This document shows, one piece after another, positions 18,237 to 25,443 of a stretch of DNA of 31,269 nt. The notes under the pieces were generated by a model, which worked only from the letters and a program-made list of their open reading frames with translations, had not been told where the DNA came from and did not search any database. The position numbers and the translations under genes are program-made. Numbering within the stretch: position 1 is the first letter of the stretch; the number at the start of each line of letters is the position of its first letter. The stretch is from a virus (taxonomy: Duplodnaviria; Caudoviricetes), in IMG/VR virus record IMGVR_UViG_3300037195_000381, positions 1 through 31,269 of that record; one strand, written 5' to 3'.

Positions 18237-18659
18237 ATGGCATTGGGGATAGGTAACCTACTCGGTAGCCTCGTGGCACCGGTCGCAGACATATTCAAGG
18301 CGCGTGAAGCGCGGAAGCTCCAGAAGGCAGAGGCAGAGGCTACGGTAGATCGTATCCTGACGGAAGCCTCGGCACAGGACGCTGCGGTCGCAGGGCAGAT
18401 CGCCCTCCACCGCGTACAGAACGAGCAGACAAGCTGGAAGGATGAGTACGCACTCATAGTCATATCCGGTCCCTTCGTGGTCGGTATGGTATCGGGTGCG
18501 CTTGAGGGAGCCGGTGTGCTCCCCGCCGGTACCACTAACGCTATCATGTCCGGCATGTTCGGGAACCTCGACAACGTACCGGAGTGGTGGAGCAACACCT
18601 TCCAAGCAGGTATGCTCTCGGCTCTCGGCATCACGCTCTGGAACAAGGCTAAGAAGTGA
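18237..18659 (+). CDS. putative holin
   Basis: ATG at 18237 after GGAGGGGG; 'SWKDEY' followed by hydrophobic segments, 'PEWW', basic C-terminus; directly after the endolysin. Confidence 0.7.
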   Translation: MALGIGNLLGSLVAPVADIFKAREARKLQKAEAEATVDRILTEASAQDAAVAGQIALHRVQNEQTSWKDEYALIVISGPFVVGMVSGALEGAGVLPAGTTNAIMSGMFGNLDNVPEWWSNTFQAGMLSALGITLWNKAKK

Positions 18660-18705
18660 AGTACCTTCATCCCTCGGAATGCGGGACGGTACAGATCAGT
18701 ACTAA

Positions 18706-18927
18706 GTGCTTAAAATTAGTTTATTATGTATGGCGGTACTTGCGGGTACCTTGGTGCCTACCTCCAATTCTGTGGAGAATAACCCGGTACCCGGTACCAT
18801 ACCGCCGCAGATACATGTGAGATGCCAGTACGGCAAGGCCGGACCGGGGGGACAGCAAACGACAATGGAATGTTTAGACCGCTACGGTAACGCCTTCCGG
18901 GTATTCGTACCTACGGGTCCGGTCTGA
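18706..18927 (+). CDS. small, possibly exported hypothetical protein
   Basis: GTG start, hydrophobic N-terminus, two Cys in the mature part, TGATG coupling to the next gene; weak RBS. Confidence 0.5.
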   Translation: MLKISLLCMAVLAGTLVPTSNSVENNPVPGTIPPQIHVRCQYGKAGPGGQQTTMECLDRYGNAFRVFVPTGPV

Positions 18928-19529
18928 TGGATCACCGGGGGTACAATCCTTGGGTATACCTACCCGAGTACAACGAGCTTTGGCTCGCCTGCGCCAAAGG
19001 TGGGACGCAATCGGTGAACCAACTCATTGCTAAGAGGTACGGCATCGAGCTACCCGAGCATACGCGGCACGTCCGGCGCTTCCTAGAGCAGCGTCTAGGG
19101 CGCGACAAGATGCAGTGGATGGACGTACGGGGCGCTGGGGAGCTACGCAATGCAGACGCCTACCAGTTGGTAGCCGACCCGCAGAAGCGCTTTGAGAGCC
19201 TGTGGAAGAACAAGAGCAGGGACCACGGACCGGGAGTCAACCCGGACATATACGACCTGTCTCCACAGGAACTACTGGAGTACGTGGTGCAGAACCCGTA
19301 CACCAACCGGCATTGGGCACCGCAGCACATCAACCGGGTACCGCACGGTATGCTGATACCGCTGGAGAACTTCAGTGAGCACCGGCACACGAGTACCGGT
19401 GAGGTACCAGAGTACGACCTTGTTGCTTTAATGCAACATTACGAGGAAGACAATTGGTTGAGGGAAGAAGCCCTCGACAAAGGAGAGGCCTATGATGTTA
19501 CCCGTACGGGCGCGTCGGTGACCACCTGA
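18927..19529 (+). CDS. sulfotransferase family 2-like protein
   Basis: 5'-PSB-like 'CAKGGTQSV', 3'-PB-like 'DPQKRFESLW', 'NRHWAPQ' and C-terminal 'HYEED' match the carbohydrate sulfotransferase pattern. Confidence 0.72.
   Translation: MDHRGYNPWVYLPEYNELWLACAKGGTQSVNQLIAKRYGIELPEHTRHVRRFLEQRLGRDKMQWMDVRGAGELRNADAYQLVADPQKRFESLWKNKSRDHGPGVNPDIYDLSPQELLEYVVQNPYTNRHWAPQHINRVPHGMLIPLENFSEHRHTSTGEVPEYDLVALMQHYEEDNWLREEALDKGEAYDVTRTGASVTT
19480..19525 (+). repeat. 46-bp direct repeat, copy 1
   Basis: AAGGAGAGGCCTATGATGTTACCCGTACGGGCGCGTCGGTGACCAC; 45/46 identical to 19978-20023. Confidence 0.95.
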
Positions 19530-19590
19530 CGTGTGTAGATCGCAAGGGTAAGGTAATGAGATTCATCACGGACAAGGCATAGGAGACACT

Positions 19591-19914
19591 ATGGCAGATA
19601 TCGAAAAGGGAAAGAATCCCGAGAACCTTCGCTGGCAGGCACCAACCGAGAACGTAGACGGGAGTGCAATCTCCGGTCCGCTCTCGTACAACCTGTACCG
19701 ACGTAGCCCCGGCGAGACGGAGTACCAACAGTACTTCGTGATAGTCGGAGAGCTACAGTCGGACGGTACCTACGTAGCGCCTATCGAGAACTTCGCGGAG
19801 GGTTCCCATGAGATCGTACTCACCACAGTTGATGCAGAGGGGGATGAGTCAGCGTACTCAAACTCCGTGGGTTTTACTGTCGGGGTCGCACCCCGCGCAC
19901 CCGTACTTCTATAA
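19591..19914 (+). CDS. stand-alone fibronectin type III-like domain protein
   Basis: RBS AGGAG; 'W.APTEN.DGS...YNLY...TVD.EG.ES..SN' Fn3 signature. Confidence 0.78.
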   Translation: MADIEKGKNPENLRWQAPTENVDGSAISGPLSYNLYRRSPGETEYQQYFVIVGELQSDGTYVAPIENFAEGSHEIVLTTVDAEGDESAYSNSVGFTVGVAPRAPVLL

Positions 19915-19977
19915 GGAGAAAGTTTGTACCCTTTGTGGTCGCCGTGGCGATCATACTGCTGCTAACTGCCCTTGGCT

Positions 19978-20023
19978 AAGGAGAGGCCTATGATGTTACC
20001 TGTACGGGCGCGTCGGTGACCAC
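19978..20023 (+). repeat. 46-bp direct repeat, copy 2
   Basis: Same as 19480-19525 apart from a C/T difference (19503 vs 20001). Confidence 0.95.
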
Positions 20024-20081
20024 ACACCACTCCCAATTGCCCTTGGAAACAGAATCTAATCTCGGTGCGCCTTACGTAAGA

Positions 20082-20170
20082 GCATAAAAAAGCGGGGCAT
20101 ATAGCCCCGCACGTTTCCCCCCTGACGCCCCCTCGGACTTCCCCCGGTCCTTGGGGGCGTTTTTTTATGC
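20082..20170. terminator. bidirectional intrinsic terminator pair between the convergent arms
   Basis: A6 plus GCGGGGC-atata-GCCCCGC (terminates the - strand); ACGCCCCC...GGGGGCGT plus T-run (terminates the + strand). Confidence 0.88.
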
Positions 20171-20215
20171 GCGTCGTAACATGGCGCGGCGGGTGTTCTC
20201 CCCTAATGATCTTCC

Positions 20216-20560
20216 CTAGACATGACCCGGATCAATGTTGTTGAGTACGTCCGCCCACCACAAGGCGCGGTCATGCTGGCGGCTACCCTTCCGTGCGTCG
20301 TCCAACAACCGATCTACCCGCTGGCTGAACGTCCATTCCTTCGGTAGCTCTCGGAAGTATACTGTACCGTACGTGACGTTGAAGATCACGTCCAGTATCA
20401 GACCGGGTACCAGCCCCAGGAACAGACACCACCGGAAGAACTTGGGTACGTCCTCGTAGGTACCGTCCTTACGCATGTGCAGGTACTTGGCTACCGCGAA
20501 GAACCAGACCACGAAGTATAGCCATGCGACAATGCCGTACACCGGTATCTCAAGACTCAT
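20216..20560 (-). CDS. membrane protein, hypothetical
   Basis: Likely start MSLEIP at 20560 overlapping the MazG stop; two hydrophobic segments; C-terminal 'LNNIDPGH'. Confidence 0.65.
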   Translation of the reverse strand: MSLEIPVYGIVAWLYFVVWFFAVAKYLHMRKDGTYEDVPKFFRWCLFLGLVPGLILDVIFNVTYGTVYFRELPKEWTFSQRVDRLLDDARKGSRQHDRALWWADVLNNIDPGHV

Positions 20561-20855
20561 AACGCTTCTCCAGCTTGCGAGCGGTAACGTCCATGCAGTA
20601 CTGCGGGTCGATCTGGAATTCCTCACAGGTAGCGAGTACCCCGTACAGTACGTCACCGATTTCTTCGGCAAGGTGCGTCATGTCGATGCCCGGTACCTTG
20701 TCGGGACGGTTGCTGAACGCAGCCTTCTTCCAGATATCAGCTACCTTTGCGGCTTCCGTCGCGAGGGTAAGTACCGCATGGGTCTTACGCTCCGACGACG
20801 GGAGGCCCGTGTTCCAAGTGCGGCGTACGATACCGCGAAACTTATCCAAATTCAC
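20550..20855 (-). CDS. mazG: MazG-like nucleotide pyrophosphohydrolase
   Basis: 'LATEAAKVADIWKK' and 'LAEEIGDVLY...KLEKRY'; RBS AGGAGG. Confidence 0.85.
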   Translation of the reverse strand: MNLDKFRGIVRRTWNTGLPSSERKTHAVLTLATEAAKVADIWKKAAFSNRPDKVPGIDMTHLAEEIGDVLYGVLATCEEFQIDPQYCMDVTARKLEKRYES

Positions 20856-20867
20856 AATCTATACCTC

Positions 20868-21083
20868 CTATTTGGGTTCATTGTCTTTCCAGTCTCCGTC
20901 GTAGTTGCAGAAGTAGGTACGTCCGTCCTCGTCGCATACGTACGTGAACATACTACTCAGTACGCTCTGTACGGTACCCACACGTATCGTCTCACTCCAA
21001 TGGCAGTTCACCAGTACTCTCTGACCCTCCGTCACCTTCGTCGGTTTCTTCTGGAACGGGATCGCCTGTCCACTCGTCGTCAT
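20868..21083 (-). CDS. small hypothetical protein
   Basis: 71 aa, beta-rich; fills the gap before MazG; overlaps the upstream ORF by 92 nt. Confidence 0.55.
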   Translation of the reverse strand: MTTSGQAIPFQKKPTKVTEGQRVLVNCHWSETIRVGTVQSVLSSMFTYVCDEDGRTYFCNYDGDWKDNEPK

Positions 21084-21525
21084 CTAGGATACCCCCAAAC
21101 TCATCTTCCTCGGTACGGTTGGGCCAATAGACCTCCGGGTCGTGGCCCTGTACCAGTTCCATCTGCGCCTGCTGTGCGACCGCAATGATCTGGTGTAGGT
21201 ACCGGGTAGCGAACTCAGCGAACGCCATGATACGGTACTGGAACATCGGGTGTCCCATGTACGTCTTGTCGCTGTCCGGTGCCCGTCCCTCGTGTCCGTG
21301 GTACGCAGCGTTACTAAGCCGGTGTCTCTCGATCTTCACGGTGAGGAAATTGTGGGCGCTGTCCTCATCGGGGAAGGGACCATACACCCTGCCTGCCACG
21401 CTGCCGTTGGCGAACTGCATCGGTCCACCTTCGATCATCACATAGTCCTGCCCCGCCTTCTCAGACTTTGGCCCGATCTGCTCCAGCAGGGTACCGATCT
21501 GCGACAAGTACTGTACTATGTTCAT
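20992..21525 (-). CDS. hypothetical protein with acidic C-terminus
   Basis: ATGA coupling to the upstream glycosyltransferase-like gene; RBS GAGG; 177 aa. Confidence 0.7.
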   Translation of the reverse strand: MNIVQYLSQIGTLLEQIGPKSEKAGQDYVMIEGGPMQFANGSVAGRVYGPFPDEDSAHNFLTVKIERHRLSNAAYHGHEGRAPDSDKTYMGHPMFQYRIMAFAEFATRYLHQIIAVAQQAQMELVQGHDPEVYWPNRTEEDEFGGILDDDEWTGDPVPEETDEGDGGSESTGELPLE

Positions 21526-22403
21526 CGTCCGTATACCTCATACCATTTGCTTGTTGCGTCCACATCACCCCGCTCGTCTAGCGGCGGCTCCGGTATCTCT
21601 AGGTACCGGCGTAGGTACGGAGCGAAGGCTCCGCGCTTACACTCCTCGGCAGTCCAGATACGGTACGACAGGTTACGCATCCACTGCGGTCGGTCCTCCA
21701 TAGTCATACCCGGCTGCACGAATCCGAACTCGTGGTCACAGACCGTGGGCCATCCGGCGGCGAACGCCTTGATAGTTGCGCTACTGGAGTACGCCACTAC
21801 CAGTTCCGGGCGGTAGTGGTTGAGCGCCCGGTGCAACGCACCGTCGCCTGTCATGTTGTCCAGTTGCAGCCCGGTGGTGTCGAAGTCTTCCGGCAGGGGG
21901 AACGTCGGGTGCTTGCGTATCACCACGCTGTCCTTCCCGTACTGCTCCACCTTGTCCCGTAACCACTGCCCGTGGTCACTACCGGCTAGGGCTTGGTCTA
22001 CGTCCCGCTGTGCCATGATGAGGACGGTACCCTCCCCCGTCTGCTGTGGGTCGTCAAGCTGCCACTCGTGGCGCTTGGGGTCGTCCTCGGTCGGGTGATA
22101 GAAGCCACCACTCATGGCGAACCCGTCGATACTGATGGAGTACAGGTCGTGCCTGCCCTCGGCTCCCCGGCTCCCGCGCTCCTGCTCGGGACCGCGCTCG
22201 TAGAACCCGATCTCCATATAGATTTCGTGGGTACACGGTACCTGCCCTACCCCGTGGGTACCCCAATGGGCATGGGCGAAGTACTCCTGCCGTTCCCGGC
22301 TACCGGTCACCGGCATCCGCTCACTCTCCGGTCCGAGACCGAACTGCATCCACGATACCCAAGTACCAGACTTCACCACGCTGTAGCTTGGTCCTAACAT
22401 CAT
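21522..22403 (-). CDS. capsule-synthesis (KpsS/KpsC-like) glycosyltransferase-like protein
   Basis: 'E.GF', 'VLIMAQ...D', 'VIRKHP' and 'VVAYSSS.TI.A..AG.PTV' match the Capsule_synth GT-B pattern. Confidence 0.7.
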   Translation of the reverse strand: MMLGPSYSVVKSGTWVSWMQFGLGPESERMPVTGSRERQEYFAHAHWGTHGVGQVPCTHEIYMEIGFYERGPEQERGSRGAEGRHDLYSISIDGFAMSGGFYHPTEDDPKRHEWQLDDPQQTGEGTVLIMAQRDVDQALAGSDHGQWLRDKVEQYGKDSVVIRKHPTFPLPEDFDTTGLQLDNMTGDGALHRALNHYRPELVVAYSSSATIKAFAAGWPTVCDHEFGFVQPGMTMEDRPQWMRNLSYRIWTAEECKRGAFAPYLRRYLEIPEPPLDERGDVDATSKWYEVYGR

Positions 22404-22621
22404 ACGTTATCCCCTTCGTCATTCTTCAGCCACGGGTGAAGCTCCACGAACTTGTGCGGAGACTTCACCGCGAACCATACCAACCGAAGATGATTGATAC
22501 GGTTGCTACGATCCATCGGGTACTTCTTGGGTACCATGAAAATCTGTACCAGTACCAGCAGCCCAAGTAGGGTACTGAAGGTACCAGCCAGCGTCAGCAC
22601 GTTCAAGAATATATCAACCAC
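22400..22621 (-). CDS. small membrane protein
   Basis: GTG start, one N-terminal TM segment, coupled overlaps at both ends. Confidence 0.6.
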   Translation of the reverse strand: MVDIFLNVLTLAGTFSTLLGLLVLVQIFMVPKKYPMDRSNRINHLRLVWFAVKSPHKFVELHPWLKNDEGDNV

Positions 22622-22820
22622 GCTTGCCTCCTATTATGTTGCACCACACCCTACCGGCGAGGATGCGGCACTCGCACCGCACTTCCTCTTTGCTCACGTC
22701 GAACTTGCAGTTCTCGGAAAGCTGGGTGTCACCCAAGTCCTTCAACCCCTCCACTTCCTCTTCGTCCGGCAGGCTCTCGCAGCCTACCAGCAAGAGTACC
22801 GCTAGTACCAGTCCTCTCAC
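22614..22820 (-). CDS. small putative lipoprotein
   Basis: Lipobox 'LLVGC' after a hydrophobic signal; four further Cys. Confidence 0.62.
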   Translation of the reverse strand: MRGLVLAVLLLVGCESLPDEEEVEGLKDLGDTQLSENCKFDVSKEEVRCECRILAGRVWCNIIGGKRG

Positions 22821-23077
22821 TTGTGGTTGTACCCACGAGTCAGGTACATGGCGCAGACTGCTCCGAGTCCGCCGCCGATACCTATGGGGAGTACCGTTTC
22901 AAGGGCAACCCCCCTCTCCGCTACTGTGAAGATAACAAATACCTCCACAAGTGCGAGCAGATGGCTGGTCAAGAAGGTGTGTACATACTTTAGGTACTGT
23001 ACGTTCCGCTGCTGTATAGCCTTCAGGCCAATGAAGACAAAGTTTGCGGCGAACAGCCCTATAACTGCCAGTATCAC
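22817..23077 (-). CDS. small multi-pass membrane protein
   Basis: Three hydrophobic segments and 'GIGGGLG'; GTGA-type overlaps. Confidence 0.68.
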   Translation of the reverse strand: MILAVIGLFAANFVFIGLKAIQQRNVQYLKYVHTFLTSHLLALVEVFVIFTVAERGVALETVLPIGIGGGLGAVCAMYLTRGYNHK

Positions 23078-23853
23078 TGGTATTCCCTCAGTAGATAGTT
23101 GAGGCTCACTTCCATCAGGTCGTAATCCCCGTCGCGTACCTCGTGCTTGTAGCAGATACCGCGCCAGTAATTGTGTCCCTGTGGTCCTGCGTATTCCTCG
23201 TCGTGTTGATAAAAGGCACCGGCTACCAGCCCACGGATACGTGACCCGTCCGGTAGAAACTGGCTACCGGTGAGCAAAGTCTGCTGGTGCCCTTGGGTAA
23301 AGGACGTCTTCAGCTTGTTGAGTCGGTTGTCGATCCCGCCACCGAGTACCCCACGGGTGAGGGACTGCGGGTTGGCGAAGTAATGCGAGTATATGATACC
23401 GTCCACGGTCTTGAGCTCCAAGAACGGCACGTACTCCACGTCGGTACTCTCGTACGGCAGGAATAGGTGCCTACCCATGATACCCTCAAGCTGTACCGGG
23501 TCGTCGTTGATCGCCCGTTGCATCCGGTACTCGTGGTTGCCCTCCAAGAAGATGATCCGGGGGGCGTACCCGCGCTTGTTACGGATGGTACGGTGGAACT
23601 CCTGCCACTGGTGGTTGGCAAACTCCACGTCCGCCATGAAGTTTTTACCTTCAAAAAACTTGCTCCCCGGCTTCTCGTAGCTGGAGAGGGAGGGCAGGTC
23701 GTACCAGTCACCGGCGACTACCACCACGGCTGGCTTGCGGTCAACGATATAGTTGGCGCAGGCTTGGATGTGTTCCGTAGGTACACCGGGACGTAGTTGT
23801 GTGTCCGGTACCCATACGTGCTCGTTCTTATGCTTTCTACGCTGTCTCGCCAT
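23074..23853 (-). CDS. calcineurin-like metallophosphoesterase
   Basis: PDTQ, GDWYD, GNHE, YSHY and QGHQ motifs. Confidence 0.9.
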   Translation of the reverse strand: MARQRRKHKNEHVWVPDTQLRPGVPTEHIQACANYIVDRKPAVVVVAGDWYDLPSLSSYEKPGSKFFEGKNFMADVEFANHQWQEFHRTIRNKRGYAPRIIFLEGNHEYRMQRAINDDPVQLEGIMGRHLFLPYESTDVEYVPFLELKTVDGIIYSHYFANPQSLTRGVLGGGIDNRLNKLKTSFTQGHQQTLLTGSQFLPDGSRIRGLVAGAFYQHDEEYAGPQGHNYWRGICYKHEVRDGDYDLMEVSLNYLLREYQ

Positions 23854-24031
23854 CTAACTCAGTCTCCAGTAGGGATATTGCGGTGTCTACTCGTAGCTGG
23901 AGTAGGGATATTGCGGTGTCTACCTTCTTGTCCAAGGCAAGCGTTGTTAGTTCTGCTACCTCCGGTTCGTCTAGCTCCGTGCGTACGTCTTGGAGTACCC
24001 CAAGTATGAACGCTGTTAGTTCGCCTTTCAT
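23837..24031 (-). CDS. small hypothetical protein with internal duplication
   Basis: Likely start MKGELT at 24031 (TAATG overlap, RBS GGAGG); VDTAISLL occurs twice. Confidence 0.6.
   Translation of the reverse strand: MKGELTAFILGVLQDVRTELDEPEVAELTTLALDKKVDTAISLLQLRVDTAISLLETELDGETA
23868..23923. repeat. 23-bp exact repeat with 33-bp period
   Basis: AGTAGGGATATTGCGGTGTCTAC at 23868-23890 and 23901-23923. Confidence 0.95.
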
Positions 24032-24666
24032 TACAACCTCCCTTTCTCGTTCCACGGCTCGCGGGACAGTTTCATTTCTGCCCCGGTCACCGGCAAAGAT
24101 GGATTCTCTCCGTGCCTGCTCGATCCGACGCGCCTCATATCTTCGGTGGTGAGTGAGAACCCATCCGCCGGGGGGAGGGGATTTTCAGACTCCGTGCGTT
24201 GGTTTGTTAGACGGTACTGGTTTTCTAGACGGTACTCCTCGATACCGGCGTCGATGGAGGCGAGTAGCTCGGGGCTATGCTCACGTACCTCGGGTACCGG
24301 TAACGGGGGTTGCCAGTTCCAATCTACCACCGCGTCGATACCAAGGTGGTCGATGGCGTGTTGTAACTGTGCCAGCCCACGCCACGCGACGTGTACCGCA
24401 TAGTCTAGCCCTACCTCCGGGTCGAAGTCGCCTACGTCCGTCTGGTGCCGCGCTATACAGTCACCGTGGTCGGGAGACTTGCCCTTGATCCACTTCGGGC
24501 GCTCCGGGTCATCCGGGTCGGCGTTGGGGGAGTGCTTCAGGTCGGCTCGCTTACTCAGCATGGCGACCACCATGAGAGCGTCAGGGAAGTACTTGAGAGT
24601 ACCCCGGTGTAGCGGCATCTGCTTCCGCTCCGCGCTGGTCAAGTCGTGGCGATTCCTTATAGCCAT
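24031..24666 (-). CDS. dATP/dGTP diphosphohydrolase-like (DUF5664-type) protein with C-terminal extension
   Basis: 'ERKQMP...G.LKYFPDAL..VA..S', 'W.KGKS.DH.DC..RH', 'VAWR.LA.LQ'; likely start at 24666 (frame open from 24702). Confidence 0.72.
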   Translation of the reverse strand: MAIRNRHDLTSAERKQMPLHRGTLKYFPDALMVVAMLSKRADLKHSPNADPDDPERPKWIKGKSPDHGDCIARHQTDVGDFDPEVGLDYAVHVAWRGLAQLQHAIDHLGIDAVVDWNWQPPLPVPEVREHSPELLASIDAGIEEYRLENQYRLTNQRTESENPLPPADGFSLTTEDMRRVGSSRHGENPSLPVTGAEMKLSREPWNEKGRL

Positions 24667-25085
24667 GCGTTTGGTATCCTTCTGCCTACTGCCGCTTCGC
24701 ATTTGTTACGCGCCGCCCACCCAAGGTGGTTCAGCTTCGTACCCTTGATCTTCCGGTTGTCCCGAAAGAGAAACCGTATCGGTACCTCACCGGTACGGCA
24801 AAAATCTGCCAGCCTACCCCGGCTGGCTTGGGTCATGCTCCCGCCCTTCAACTCTACGTATATGTCGGTACGCGGTAGGTATAGGTCGGGGGTATATGTA
24901 GCCCCCTTCCGCACGTTGCTCTTGTCGCAGTCTAGGCAGTACCCGGCACGTACCGGGCGGTTGTACTCGAACGGTCCGGGGTGGAACTCGTACGGGATAC
25001 CTCTCTCGATCAGATCGTCTACGATCAGTACCTCGAACTCGGAGTCACACTTGTCTCCGTCCTCTGACCGGTATATCTTAGGCAT
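24657..25085 (-). CDS. T7 endonuclease I-like Holliday junction resolvase
   Basis: 'S.FE', 'YTPDLYL', 'VELKG', 'IRFLF', 'W' pattern; CxxC insertion. Confidence 0.85.
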   Translation of the reverse strand: MPKIYRSEDGDKCDSEFEVLIVDDLIERGIPYEFHPGPFEYNRPVRAGYCLDCDKSNVRKGATYTPDLYLPRTDIYVELKGGSMTQASRGRLADFCRTGEVPIRFLFRDNRKIKGTKLNHLGWAARNKCEAAVGRRIPNAWL

Positions 25086-25356
25086 CCTTACGTACCCCGG
25101 TAACCATAAGGTACTGCACCGTGTTCTGTGCGTACCCTTGGAGTAGGGCGGCGGCGAACGTCAGTTCCGATACCGAAGTCTCCTCAGAGACTAGCGGCAT
25201 GAGTACCCGCTGGCTAGTACCGTCCTCGGCGTCCATCGTGCCTTGCCCGATCATGATAACAGATTGGATACGTCCCTCATCGTACGCCTTCAGTACCCTC
25301 CCCAGCATGGCACGGGTACCGTCCTTCTGAAAGCTCACTACGTTGTCGTCGTTCAT
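25078..25356 (-). CDS. hypothetical protein
   Basis: Likely start MNDDNVVSF after AGGA; overlaps the endonuclease start. Confidence 0.6.
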   Translation of the reverse strand: MNDDNVVSFQKDGTRAMLGRVLKAYDEGRIQSVIMIGQGTMDAEDGTSQRVLMPLVSEETSVSELTFAAALLQGYAQNTVQYLMVTGVRKDA

Positions 25357-25443
25357 TTGCACGTTCCTGTCGTCTGCGTTTCGCCTCGGCACCGCCCCGC
25401 TTGTGGGGCTTGACACCGTTGGCTCGTTTGGTTGTTCTTTCGC

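Noticed and set aside
19480-20023. Diversity-generating retroelement TR/VR pair or CRISPR mini-array
   Set aside because: Only one mismatch, two copies 498 bp apart, and no reverse transcriptase or cas genes in the window.
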